Part shown: positions 28,117 through 37,542 of the stretch, one piece after another | How positions within the stretch are numbered: position 1 is the first letter of the stretch | Layout: each line of letters starts with the position of its first letter | Assembly: GCA_944392235.1 (NCBI GenBank) | Contig: CALXVZ010000001.1 | Coordinates: 19,059-83,058, forward strand | From: an uncultured Alphaproteobacteria bacterium | Lineage (GTDB): Bacteria; Pseudomonadota; Alphaproteobacteria; RF32; CAG-239 | Direction of reading: 5' to 3' | Length of the DNA: 64,000 nucleotides | Program-made: the position numbers and the translations under genes | Notes under the pieces: model-generated | What the model was told of the DNA's origin: nothing | The model's input: only the letters and a program-made list of their open reading frames with translations | Database searches by the model: none

Positions 28117-28611
28117 TTATTTATAGATAAAGGATGTTTCTTCTAAATTCTGAGCTAAATTTATTATTTCCACATGATATCCTTTTCCTTCTGGATATAT
28201 GAGTAAATATAACTCTTGGGCTTCTTTATTAGGACTCTGACTTTTGCAGAGCAACATATTTTCTTCTATAATATTTTTATTCATCAGTCTGTCTGCTATT
28301 ATATTTGATACATAGCTTGTTTCTGTTGTTTTATAATTGGCTATATTTTCTTTTGCGAACTTATCCAAATTATGGGTTATAAAATACTGGCGTCTTCTGT
28401 ATTTTACATTTTTATTTTGCTTATTCTTCATATAATATTGAGAAATAAACTCTTTGGTCGCAGAGATTAATTTTTCATCACTACATGTTGGCATTGGTTG
28501 TATTTCTTTCTTAACCTCATGAACGATTGTTTCTTCTGAGATGTCTTCAGCCTTTACCGGTTGTGTCATTAATGATGTTAATAAAAGCAAGCTTAAGAGT
28601 TTATTTCTCAT
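28117..28611 (-). CDS. Hypothetical secreted protein
   Basis: Signal peptide MRNKLLSLLLLTSLMTQPVKA-ED. No family was recognised. Confidence 0.5.
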   Translation of the reverse strand: MRNKLLSLLLLTSLMTQPVKAEDISEETIVHEVKKEIQPMPTCSDEKLISATKEFISQYYMKNKQNKNVKYRRRQYFITHNLDKFAKENIANYKTTETSYVSNIIADRLMNKNIIEENMLLCKSQSPNKEAQELYLLIYPEGKGYHVEIINLAQNLEETSFIYK

Positions 28612-28620
28612 GCGTTTCTC

Positions 28621-30018
28621 CTAGAAATTTAATGATTTTGGAGTTCTTGGGAATGGAATAACATCTCGTATATTTGCTATACCGGTCAATAACATCATCA
28701 TTCTCTCAAATCCTAAACCAAAACCAGCATGTGGAACTGAACCATATTTACGCGAATCTAAATACCAACTGTAGTCTTCCTCGTGCATTCCTAATTCTTC
28801 AATACGTTTCTTCAATAAATCGTATCTTTCTTCTCTTTGTGAACCGCCGATTAATTCGCCAATTCTCGGAACCAATACATCCATTGCTGCCACTGTTTTA
28901 TTATCCTCATTCATACGCATATAAAATGCCTTTATTTCTTTTGGATAATCGCGGACAATAACCGGACGCTTAAAGTGTTCTTCTGCTAAAAAGCGTTCAT
29001 GTTCTGTCTGCATATCTATTCCATATTCCGGCTCATATTCAAATTTCTTACCAGATTTTTTCATTATTTCGATTGCTTCGGTATAGGTAATGCGAGCAAA
29101 ACTATTATTCTTAATTGTATTTAATGTATCCATTAATGTCGGATCTACAAATTTTGAGAACAATTCTATGTCATCATGGCATTTTTCCATAACTTCTGTC
29201 ACGCAATATCTTACCATATCTTCTGCTAAATCCATATCATCATAGATATCAGCAAAAGCCATCTCAGGCTCTATCATCCAGAATTCTGCAGCATGGCGGG
29301 CTGTATTGGAATTTTCGGCTCTGAATGTCGGACCAAATGTATAAATATCACCTAATGCACATGCATACATTTCTCCGTTTAATTGTCCAGAAACTGTTAA
29401 GTGTGCAGGTTTACCGAAGAAGTCTTGACTATAATCAATTTCTCCATTTGGCAAACGTGGGGGATTTTTCATATCCAAAGTCGTTACTTGGAACATTTCT
29501 CCCGCACCTTCGCAGTCTGAACCGGTCAGTATCGGTGTATGGACATACTTAAAGCCTCTTTCTTGGAAAAATTTGTGAATCGCATATGATAATGCAGAGC
29601 GAACTCTAAATGCGGCTCCATACTTATTTGTGCGTGGACGGAGATGAGCGATTGTTCTTAAATATTCATCAGAGTGCTTTTTCTTTTGTAAAGGAAAATC
29701 TTCCGGAGCAAGACTATATATTTCAATTTTATCTGCCACAACTTCATACTTTTGGTTTCCACCCTGCGACTCTACCAAAGCTCCGGTTATGGCAACAGAT
29801 GATCCGGTAGAAAGATTTTTTACCTCATTATAATTGGGGAGATTATTATGAGCTATTATTTGTAAATTTTTCAAACATGAACCATCATTTATTTCTATAA
29901 ATGAAAAATCTTTAGAATCTCTTCTTGTTCTAACCCAACCTTTTGCCAATACTTCTGGTTGTGTTGTCTCTGATTTTAATAAATCTACGATTTTTGTTCT
30001 TCTTAACATTTTAATCAT
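28621..30018 (-). CDS. asnS: Asparagine--tRNA ligase
   Basis: [62 protein letters not shown]. Confidence 0.95.
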   Translation of the reverse strand: MIKMLRRTKIVDLLKSETTQPEVLAKGWVRTRRDSKDFSFIEINDGSCLKNLQIIAHNNLPNYNEVKNLSTGSSVAITGALVESQGGNQKYEVVADKIEIYSLAPEDFPLQKKKHSDEYLRTIAHLRPRTNKYGAAFRVRSALSYAIHKFFQERGFKYVHTPILTGSDCEGAGEMFQVTTLDMKNPPRLPNGEIDYSQDFFGKPAHLTVSGQLNGEMYACALGDIYTFGPTFRAENSNTARHAAEFWMIEPEMAFADIYDDMDLAEDMVRYCVTEVMEKCHDDIELFSKFVDPTLMDTLNTIKNNSFARITYTEAIEIMKKSGKKFEYEPEYGIDMQTEHERFLAEEHFKRPVIVRDYPKEIKAFYMRMNEDNKTVAAMDVLVPRIGELIGGSQREERYDLLKKRIEELGMHEEDYSWYLDSRKYGSVPHAGFGLGFERMMMLLTGIANIRDVIPFPRTPKSLNF

Positions 30019-30109
30019 TCCCCATTTGTTAAATGTTGTTTTCTTAAATTCAATGGAGCTTAGAACATTTTCTTTTAAATGTAAACAGATTTATCTTTAT
30101 TGTTTCTTT

Positions 30110-31273
30110 TTACTTACTCTTCTTATTTTGAGCTATTTTTGCCAACCACTCGGAAACAGTTATTTCCTTACTCTGCGGTGATAATGATTGATAAGCCTTT
30201 TGCGCATATGCTCTGTAATATTGTTCATCTTCTTGAGATGCTCCTTGTGCTGCTTTATTTAACGCTACAATACTTCTATATAATGATGTCTTACTTTGAG
30301 GATTGAATCTTAAATTTTCAATACATATTTCTGATTTTGTTATCTCGGCCATTCTCTTTAAAACAAATGGTTTAACTATTTCATCTGCTGTATTTAAGCA
30401 CAAACATTCCTGAGAATAACTTCTGCGGCGAACAACCAGTGTTACACAACTTCCATTGGGTAATTCTGCTTGATTTAGTTTTTCATGTCGATATATAAAA
30501 TTAAACCAAGCTAATATTTTTTCTGAGCCATATTTTTTATATTCCATTCCTCTGTTTTCAACTTTATGAAAAATTTTTGCACATTCTCTTGCTGTTAATT
30601 CGCCTTCTTGTTTTTCTGCAAGGTTTTCTTTATTCTCCTTTTCCGGACAATATTTACATCCTGCCCACTTAGCAAATGCTTCCAAAATATCTTGGCGGTT
30701 TATGACACAATTTAAACAGTATGCTGTTTTGTTATTTACGCCTAGTCTTTCTACTATTATAGGGATTTCTCCGTCCGGTGTCATATACTTATTTGCACTC
30801 GGAGTATGGTATAATTCTCTAAATAAATTATTCAATTTATCTTGTTTCTTAAAACCTGATAATTTCTTTCCTTCTTCTGATTTTATATCATCTAATAAAT
30901 GTTTTACATCACTGACTATTAATTCATCTAAATTTTTAGCTTTGGGTTTGCTTGTTTTATATTCTGCTCCAACACGCTGTGCAAATGCTCTTAGAATTTC
31001 TTCCTTTGGAGCTTTTGCTGTATTCAAATAATACGCAGCGGCTCTTCCTTCTTGACGACGATGAACCACTATCGGAACAACTTTTCCATTTGCTAGAATA
31101 CATTTATTACGCTCGTTATCTTCGCATAACTTTGCAAATAAAAAACGTATGTACCCTCGCTTTTCACTTTGTGTTAACTTCTTTCCTTCGGCATTTTTTA
31201 TGTTGTCAAAATATTTGACTACTTCTGATGCATTTAATTCGCCTTCTTGTTTTAGCTCTATAGTTTCTGTCAT
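30110..31273 (-). CDS. Hypothetical protein made of three tandem ~110-aa repeats of an unrecognised domain
   Basis: Repeat units start at about residues 9, 120 and 222. Each ends with P(N/D)G..V.IVV.RR...(A/E)(Y/C).LN......IL.AFA...G..Y (e.g. ANGKVVPIVVHRRQEGRAAAYYLN...ILRAFAQRVGAEY, TPDGEIPIIVERLGVNNKTAYCLN...ILEAFAKWAGCKY, LPNGSCVTLVVRRRSYSQECLCLN...). Confidence 0.6.
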   Translation of the reverse strand: MTETIELKQEGELNASEVVKYFDNIKNAEGKKLTQSEKRGYIRFLFAKLCEDNERNKCILANGKVVPIVVHRRQEGRAAAYYLNTAKAPKEEILRAFAQRVGAEYKTSKPKAKNLDELIVSDVKHLLDDIKSEEGKKLSGFKKQDKLNNLFRELYHTPSANKYMTPDGEIPIIVERLGVNNKTAYCLNCVINRQDILEAFAKWAGCKYCPEKENKENLAEKQEGELTARECAKIFHKVENRGMEYKKYGSEKILAWFNFIYRHEKLNQAELPNGSCVTLVVRRRSYSQECLCLNTADEIVKPFVLKRMAEITKSEICIENLRFNPQSKTSLYRSIVALNKAAQGASQEDEQYYRAYAQKAYQSLSPQSKEITVSEWLAKIAQNKKSK

Positions 31274-31347
31274 CTCGTATTACCTTACTACTTTTCCAAA
31301 AATATAGCATATTTTATCCTTTATGGCAATACGATTTTATATAAATT

Positions 31348-31683
31348 TTAGAACATAAAACGCATTAATTGCACCCAATATGCATACACTGCTATTGCTA
31401 TTATTTTATACAAGACAGCAATACTCATTAAAGCTCCACCCATTATCACTACTTCAATAATAACGGCGGCTATTATTGCCACACCTAAAATCTCTAACCA
31501 ATAATACTTTTGCTTTATCAAAAGTAATGAGGCTATAACACCGGTCAATGCCACATACATATTTTGCATCACTGAAAATGTCTGGGATACCGGTGATGTT
31601 ACTGTGCTGAAATTTAATATATATGATGTCATGATTACAATTGATACTATTACAAATAATACAAAACTACTTCTTCTTGACAT
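31348..31683 (-). CDS. Small integral membrane protein (about 4 TM), hypothetical
   Basis: 111 aa and almost entirely hydrophobic. The start overlaps the upstream methyltransferase gene by 17 nt. Confidence 0.5.
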   Translation of the reverse strand: MSRRSSFVLFVIVSIVIMTSYILNFSTVTSPVSQTFSVMQNMYVALTGVIASLLLIKQKYYWLEILGVAIIAAVIIEVVIMGGALMSIAVLYKIIAIAVYAYWVQLMRFMF

Positions 31684-32401
31684 TTTTTCCTCCTTTAGTT
31701 TCTTTCTTTGTATTTGTCTTTATAACTTTTTTATTTTCTGCTTTGATTCTCTTTGTTTTTATACTCTTTAACTGTTCTTTTTTCTTCTTTTCTGTTGCGT
31801 TTTTCTTTTCCTGCTTTTCTTTTAATTTGGGTTTTCTATATACAAATATTTTTTCTGGAATACCATAGATCGATGACTCTATTTGTTTTACTTCCTCTAA
31901 ATGTCCCAATGGGAACATTTCTGAAATAACAACGCAACTTTCTTTTATACTCTTTGCTAAAATTTTTCCTAAAGGTTCGCCGGTTACCTTTAATACATAG
32001 CACATTATTAAATCCATATCCTCATAAGATTGTTTCATATAATCTCCTTGGATGAATTTTATATTTTTTAAGCCTGCTGCTTTAATTTTTCCCATTGTAA
32101 GAGGAACGATATCCCACTCATAACCAATAAATTCATGTTCTGGGAATTCCTTTGCTAACGGTAATAATAATGCGCCACTGCCACACCCTAAATCTGTTAC
32201 TTTCATTTTATGTTTTGCTTTTTTTAATACGCTTCTAGCCTCTTCTATCATATCTTCTTTAATTTTACCATATGATGACACAAAAGGTCCGTATTTACCG
32301 CATCCGCACTTGATATATGAATATGCTTGATACAGCAAATATACTATTGCAGCAAAACCTATGACTAATGCAAATATTACTATTATTCCGTTGCAACACA
32401 T
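31667..32401 (-). CDS. Class I SAM-dependent methyltransferase with an N-terminal TM anchor and a poly-lysine C-terminal tail
   Basis: Motif I VTDLGCGSGALLLPLA, N-terminal IIVIFALVIGFAAIVYLL, C-terminus KPKLKEKQEKKNATEKKKKEQLKSIKTKRIKAENKKVIKTNTKKETKGGKNVKKK. Confidence 0.7.
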   Translation of the reverse strand: MCCNGIIVIFALVIGFAAIVYLLYQAYSYIKCGCGKYGPFVSSYGKIKEDMIEEARSVLKKAKHKMKVTDLGCGSGALLLPLAKEFPEHEFIGYEWDIVPLTMGKIKAAGLKNIKFIQGDYMKQSYEDMDLIMCYVLKVTGEPLGKILAKSIKESCVVISEMFPLGHLEEVKQIESSIYGIPEKIFVYRKPKLKEKQEKKNATEKKKKEQLKSIKTKRIKAENKKVIKTNTKKETKGGKNVKKK

Positions 32402-32510
32402 TTTTTGTTCTCCAATATATAAAAAAGTTGCTATCTTACTATTTGATGGTATATATATTGGAAATTGTTTAAGAAAATATTTAAGTTCTTATTCTTTTGA
32501 GGTTCTTCTT

Positions 32511-33230
32511 ATGCGTAAAAAATATAATCGAATTCTTTTCCTAACCGGGGCGGGAATTTCTGCTGAATCAGGATTATCGACTTTTAGAAGTGAAAATGGC
32601 TTATGGAATCATCATCGGGTTGAAGATGTCGCTACAATCGAGGCTTATTACCATAATCAAGATTATGTTCACGATTTTTATAATAATATGAAACCTGAAT
32701 TATGGAATGCGAAACCTAATGCTGGACATCTGGCTATCACTCGATTACAAGAAATTTATCCTGCTGAGGTTAATATTATTACGCAAAATATTGATACTCT
32801 CCATGAAAAAGCTAAGAGTAAAAATATATTCCATATTCATGGGCAAATTAATCAGGCTGTTTGCATGAACTGCGGACATGTTCTTGAAACATGGGGAGAT
32901 GTTACTTCCGAAACTTGTTGTCAAAATTGTCATGTTATGGGTATGATGAAGCCGAATATCGTCTTTTTTGGAGAAAATCTCCTCTGTATGGATAAAGTTG
33001 AGATGTTGCTTAAAACCTCAGATTTATTTGTTTCTGTCGGGACATCCGGTGTTGTTTATCCAGCAGCCGGTTTTGTGCAAACTGCTAAATATTATGGGGC
33101 TGACACTATTGAATTTAATCTCGAACCTACATCTAATAATTTCTTTTTTGATAAGCATATTATGGGAAAAGCCGGAGATACGCTTCCCTCTTTTGTAGAT
33201 ACTCTACTCTCTCAACTTAAGGACAATTAA
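32511..33230 (+). CDS. cobB: NAD-dependent protein deacylase, Sir2/CobB family (paralog 1)
   Basis: LTGAGISAESGLSTFRSENGLW, QNIDTLHEKA, HIHG, and Zn-ribbon cysteines CMNC...CQNC. Start at the Met after the hydrophobic read-through of the track ORF. Confidence 0.85.
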   Translation: MRKKYNRILFLTGAGISAESGLSTFRSENGLWNHHRVEDVATIEAYYHNQDYVHDFYNNMKPELWNAKPNAGHLAITRLQEIYPAEVNIITQNIDTLHEKAKSKNIFHIHGQINQAVCMNCGHVLETWGDVTSETCCQNCHVMGMMKPNIVFFGENLLCMDKVEMLLKTSDLFVSVGTSGVVYPAAGFVQTAKYYGADTIEFNLEPTSNNFFFDKHIMGKAGDTLPSFVDTLLSQLKDN

Positions 33231-34083
33231 CCTTTAAAAGGTTTTCATAAAATGATGCGGTAAAAATATTTTTATCACTTAACATATGCAATTTTTCGCA
33301 TGGCGTAGCCTGATAAAACTTTTGAGAATCTTTTGGGCTTATCTTTTTCCCTATTTTTTCTCTTACTGCAATATTCCCTTCTTCATAACTTATACCATAG
33401 TGTTTTTTACTTATTCCGTTTCTTTCCAAAACATCATCGGAAATTGATGCCATTTTAGCTCCTGAAAATAACATATTTATCCAGAAATCCCAATCTTCAC
33501 TCGCCCTTAAATGTTCATCGTATCTTATTTTTTTATTTTCAGTAAAATCTTTTCTATACATTATATTGGCATTACCGAAATTATTATACTGTATCAAACC
33601 CACCGCGATATTATTATGATTTTCCGGTATCCTCGGTAAACCCACTATCTGCCCAGCAACCGCCGTTATTTGCGGATTTTTATCTAAATATGAAACTTGT
33701 TTCTCCATTCTTTCCGGTAGGCTCTTATCATCATCATCCATTATCATAACATACTCCCCTTTTGCTAAATCTGCCGCTCTATTGCGTGAATATGCTATTC
33801 CTCTATTCCTATCATTCTTATAATAACGGATGCGTTTGTCTTTATACTTTTTTATTACTTCCTCTGTTTGATCTGTTGAACCATCATTTATGATGATTAA
33901 TTCAAAATCTTTATAACTTTGAGCCAAAATGCTGTCTATGGCTTGTGGCAATATTTGTTCGCGTTGATAGGTTAACATGACAACGGATACCTTTGGGTGT
34001 CTTCCCCAAAGATATCCGCTATAAAGTAGCCCTATTCCTACTATTAATAAAATAATGGCTATAAATTTTTTTCTCTTATTCAT
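33217..34083 (-). CDS. Glycosyltransferase family 2
   Basis: VSVVMLTYQREQILPQAIDSILAQSYKDFELIIINDGSTDQTEEV and a DDDD/ED motif region. N-terminal TM. Confidence 0.85.
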   Translation of the reverse strand: MNKRKKFIAIILLIVGIGLLYSGYLWGRHPKVSVVMLTYQREQILPQAIDSILAQSYKDFELIIINDGSTDQTEEVIKKYKDKRIRYYKNDRNRGIAYSRNRAADLAKGEYVMIMDDDDKSLPERMEKQVSYLDKNPQITAVAGQIVGLPRIPENHNNIAVGLIQYNNFGNANIMYRKDFTENKKIRYDEHLRASEDWDFWINMLFSGAKMASISDDVLERNGISKKHYGISYEEGNIAVREKIGKKISPKDSQKFYQATPCEKLHMLSDKNIFTASFYENLLKVNCP

Positions 34084-34086
34084 TAT

Positions 34087-34539
34087 TTATTGTGCAATAA
34101 CACGATTTGTGCTACCAAACAGAACTAAACAACGTTGTCCTACACCTAGAGCTTGTCCTGTTCCTTGAGTTATGCTGATAACCTGACCATTATCCATTCT
34201 TACAATATACTCTAAACCTGTTTGTTTTGACAAGCCTTTCTCTGCAGCGTTGCCTACAGCACCTCCTAATAAAGCACCCCCTACAGCTCCTAATGTATGT
34301 GCGGTACTTCCTCCACCAATTGTAGAGCCTGCAACACCTCCGGCTATACTACCTATTAATGTTCCTGCACCACTGTTGCTGTCATCTACAGTCACATATC
34401 TTACGCTTAGGACTGTGCATTGTGCTACTGTTGAAACTTTTCCGGCTTGATTTGTATAATAGTGATCTGAATTAATATTATCAGCACATCCTGCCATCAT
34501 TAATACTGCACTTAATATACTTAATACTTTTTTATTCAT
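34087..34539 (-). CDS. Glycine-zipper 2TM outer-membrane lipoprotein (SlyB / 17-kDa surface antigen type)
   Basis: Lipobox LMMAGC-A, glycine zipper GAGTLIGSIAGGVAGSTIGGGSTAHTLGAVGGALLGGAVG. Confidence 0.8.
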   Translation of the reverse strand: MNKKVLSILSAVLMMAGCADNINSDHYYTNQAGKVSTVAQCTVLSVRYVTVDDSNSGAGTLIGSIAGGVAGSTIGGGSTAHTLGAVGGALLGGAVGNAAEKGLSKQTGLEYIVRMDNGQVISITQGTGQALGVGQRCLVLFGSTNRVIAQ

Positions 34540-34626
34540 ATTATATCTCCTCGTTTTAACGTTCTTTGTAATAATCTAATTGATTATTTTCTGTTGTCAA
34601 TCTTTTTAATTTATAAGATATTCTAC

Positions 34627-35550
34627 CTATTTTTGCATTTCTTCCATAATGCGTTTTTCATGTTCCGGCTGATCTTGTTTGGCTTCTATGACATCTTTAC
34701 GGATTTTTTGTGTGCGTTTGAATAAATCAAACATTTTATCTCCCTCATCCCATCTGATATTTCTCTCTAATGCTATCAAATCTTCTATAAACCTTTGTAT
34801 CAATTCTAATACTGTTTGCTTATTTGTTAAGAAAATATCTCGCCACATTGTTGGATCTGATCCGGCTATACGTGTAAAATCTCGGAAACCGCCTGCAGAA
34901 TATTTTATTATCTCTTTATGCTCATAACCTTCTAAATCCGCTACTGTTCCTACGATGGAATACGCTATTAATTGTGGTAAATGTGATACGGCGGCCATCA
35001 CCTTATCATGGTGAGCCATATCCATCGTATCTACCTTCATTCCGCATTCTTCCCACATTTCTGTTAATTTTGCGATTGCTTCCGGGGTCGAATTTTCGTC
35101 GGGAGTTAATATACACCAGCGCCCCTTAAATAATGAACTAAATCCATTTTCTGGACCTGATTTTTCTGTTCCTGCTACAGGGTGACCTCCCACGACTATA
35201 ACTTTTTTTTCTTTATTTAAGTATTTTTCTATTTCTTGTAGGCTATATTGCTTTACGGAACCTACGTCGCTGATTATTGTACCTGCTTTTACATATTTGG
35301 CAACCTCTTTTGCTAGTTCTCCAAACGAACAAACAGGTGTTGCAAAAATAATTATATCTGCATCTTCAACACCTTCTTTGATATTATCCGTATATATATC
35401 GGCCAATGCTAATTTTTTTGACTTATCTAAATTTTCTTTATTTTTATCATATACCGCCAGCGTTTGAACTATGTTTTTTTCTTTTAAATTGCGCGCTAGT
35501 GATGATCCTATTAATCCTATTCCTAATATAAGTGCTTTAGTAAACAACAT
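34627..35550 (-). CDS. Prephenate/arogenate dehydrogenase
   Basis: N-terminal Rossmann ILGIGLIGSSLA, then SDVGSVK, GGHPVAGTEKSG, and a C-terminal dimerisation domain (HDKVMAAVSHLPQL...AGGFRD.TRIA). Confidence 0.85.
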   Translation of the reverse strand: MLFTKALILGIGLIGSSLARNLKEKNIVQTLAVYDKNKENLDKSKKLALADIYTDNIKEGVEDADIIIFATPVCSFGELAKEVAKYVKAGTIISDVGSVKQYSLQEIEKYLNKEKKVIVVGGHPVAGTEKSGPENGFSSLFKGRWCILTPDENSTPEAIAKLTEMWEECGMKVDTMDMAHHDKVMAAVSHLPQLIAYSIVGTVADLEGYEHKEIIKYSAGGFRDFTRIAGSDPTMWRDIFLTNKQTVLELIQRFIEDLIALERNIRWDEGDKMFDLFKRTQKIRKDVIEAKQDQPEHEKRIMEEMQK

Positions 35551-35746
35551 TGCTTTCCCCTTTGATAAATTCGCGCGTTAATCTATTTAATTCTTCTTTT
35601 ATTGTCAACTTGTTAACATGCTCTATCCTCTTTTCTTTCTTGACTCTTCTTTTTTGTTTTATATGCTTAATCTGTATTTTATAAATCTATGTCTTATTAT
35701 TTTGAGGATTAGGTAAAGGACCGAACCTCTTTAAAAAAATTATTTT

Positions 35747-36448
35747 ATGGCTAGCTCTTTTCGTAAAATTATTTTTTTAACCGGTGCTGGTATTTCTGCC
35801 GAATCAGGTTTAGAGACTTTTCGTGATGCTCATGGTTTGTGGAATAAATATAATACTGATGATGTTGCGTCCTTAAATGGATTTATCAATAATCCTAAAT
35901 TGGTTCATCAGTTTTATAATGAATTGAGAATGCAAATGGCAATGGCTCAACCTAATGATGCTCATCTTGCCTTATCTTATCTGCAACATTTTTCTTCTGC
36001 GGACATTCATATTATTACGCAAAATATTGATACTCTTCATGAAAAAGCCTTTAGCAAAAATATTTGGCATATGCATGGACAAATTAATCAGCTAACCTGT
36101 CTTAACTGCCATGCCGTTATCGAAACTTGGAGCAATTGTTTCGTTTACTCACGATGTCCGCATTGCAAAAAAGCAACTTTACGTCCGAATATTGTTTTCT
36201 TTGGTGAAAAAATATTTTTTGAATCCGTTATTGAGAATTTAATCAATACTGCTGATTTATTTGTTGCTGTTGGGACTTCTGGAACTATTCCTCCAGCCTC
36301 TCTGTTTGCTCGTGATGCCAGAAAAAATCATTGTCAAACTATTGCTCTAAACCTAGAGAAACCTGAAAACTATTGTGATTTTGATCAATTTATTCAAGGT
36401 AACTTGTCGCAAACTTTACCTTCTTTTGTTCAAACTCTATTGGATTGA
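35747..36448 (+). CDS. cobB: NAD-dependent protein deacylase, Sir2/CobB family (paralog 2)
   Basis: LTGAGISAESGLETFRDAHGLW, QNIDTLHEKA, HMHG, CLNC...CPHC. Confidence 0.85.
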   Translation: MASSFRKIIFLTGAGISAESGLETFRDAHGLWNKYNTDDVASLNGFINNPKLVHQFYNELRMQMAMAQPNDAHLALSYLQHFSSADIHIITQNIDTLHEKAFSKNIWHMHGQINQLTCLNCHAVIETWSNCFVYSRCPHCKKATLRPNIVFFGEKIFFESVIENLINTADLFVAVGTSGTIPPASLFARDARKNHCQTIALNLEKPENYCDFDQFIQGNLSQTLPSFVQTLLD

Positions 36449-36470
36449 TACTCGTCTAACTATTTATTCT

Positions 36471-36508
36471 AAAAAAAACAGGCTCTCTATTGAGAACCTG
36501 TTTTTTTG
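36471..36508. terminator. Bidirectional terminator between the sirtuin gene and tsf
   Basis: A8 - acaggctctc tatt gagaacctgt - T7. Confidence 0.7.
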
Positions 36509-36525
36509 TTATCTAGAAAAGGTAA

Positions 36526-37458
36526 TTACGCTGATTTACCTAATTGTGCAGCAACTTCAGCAGCAAAATCTTCTTCTTTCTTTTGTATACCTTCACCTAA
36601 CTTAAAGCATACAAAACCGCCAAGTTTAACTTCTGCGTTATTTTCTTTTGCAAATTCTGCTACAACGTCTTTTACTTTCTTATCTGGATCCATAATATAT
36701 GCTTGTTCTTCAAGAACAACTTCTTCATAATATTTACGGATACGACCTTCTACCATTTTTTCTACGATATTAGCAGGTTTGCCTGATGCTAAAGCTTGTT
36801 CGCTGAAAATATTCTTTTCACGTTCAACTGCTTCTGCAGGAACTTCTGCTATTGTCATAGCGATAGGACCAGTTGCTGCTATATGCATTGCAATATGCTT
36901 ACCTAATTCTTGCATTTTTGCTTTATCGGCATTACCTTCAAGGCTTACCAACACGCCGATTTTTCCGAGATTTGGACGAACAGCATTGTGGATATATGAG
37001 CATACAACACCATTGTTTACACTTAAATATGCTGAACGGCGTAAATTCATATTTTCACCAATTTTAGCAATCATATCTGTTAAAATTACGCCCATTTCTT
37101 TTCCACATACAGGACATGGATGTAATTTTAATGCTTCAATATCGCCCTTAACTGCCAATGCTGCTTTTGCTGAATTTTCTACATAATTTTGGAATATATC
37201 ATTTTTAGCTACAAAGTCTGTTTCTGAGTTTACTTCAACAACAGCACCTGCATTACCTTCAACATATACAGATACCAAACCTTCTGCAGCGATACGGCTG
37301 GCTTTCTTGGCAGCTGATGCTAAACCTTTTTTGCGGAGCCAGTCTATTGCTTCTTCCATATTACCATTTGTTTCAACCAGCGCTTTTTTGCAATCTAACA
37401 TGCCTGCACCAGAGGTTTCTCTTAAACTTTTTACCAGAGCTGCGGTAATTTCTGCCAT
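36526..37458 (-). CDS. tsf: Elongation factor Ts
   Basis: ITAALVKSLRETSGAGMLDCKKAL...AIDWLRKKG. Confidence 0.95.
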   Translation of the reverse strand: MAEITAALVKSLRETSGAGMLDCKKALVETNGNMEEAIDWLRKKGLASAAKKASRIAAEGLVSVYVEGNAGAVVEVNSETDFVAKNDIFQNYVENSAKAALAVKGDIEALKLHPCPVCGKEMGVILTDMIAKIGENMNLRRSAYLSVNNGVVCSYIHNAVRPNLGKIGVLVSLEGNADKAKMQELGKHIAMHIAATGPIAMTIAEVPAEAVEREKNIFSEQALASGKPANIVEKMVEGRIRKYYEEVVLEEQAYIMDPDKKVKDVVAEFAKENNAEVKLGGFVCFKLGEGIQKKEEDFAAEVAAQLGKSA

Positions 37459-37498
37459 TATTTTTCCCCTTGATTTGATATTTTTAATACATCAATTC

Positions 37499-37520
37499 GG
37501 CGGTAGCTTTGGCTACCGCC
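37499..37520 (-). promoter_or_regulatory. GC-rich hairpin in the rpsB-tsf intergenic spacer
   Basis: ggcggtagc / gctaccgcc 9-bp stem. On the coding (minus) strand it is not followed by a U-run, so it may be an attenuator or processing element rather than a full terminator. Confidence 0.35.
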
Positions 37521-37542
37521 TTGTTTTTATTTCGCTTCTTAA

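Noticed and set aside
32511-36448. The Sir2-domain genes as components of an anti-phage system (Thoeris ThsA, DSR or SIR2-HerA type).
   Set aside because: Both are short, single-domain CobB-type sirtuins with full deacylase motifs and Zn ribbons. They have no SLOG, TIR, HerA, pAgo or TM partner genes adjacent, and their neighbours are housekeeping or envelope genes.
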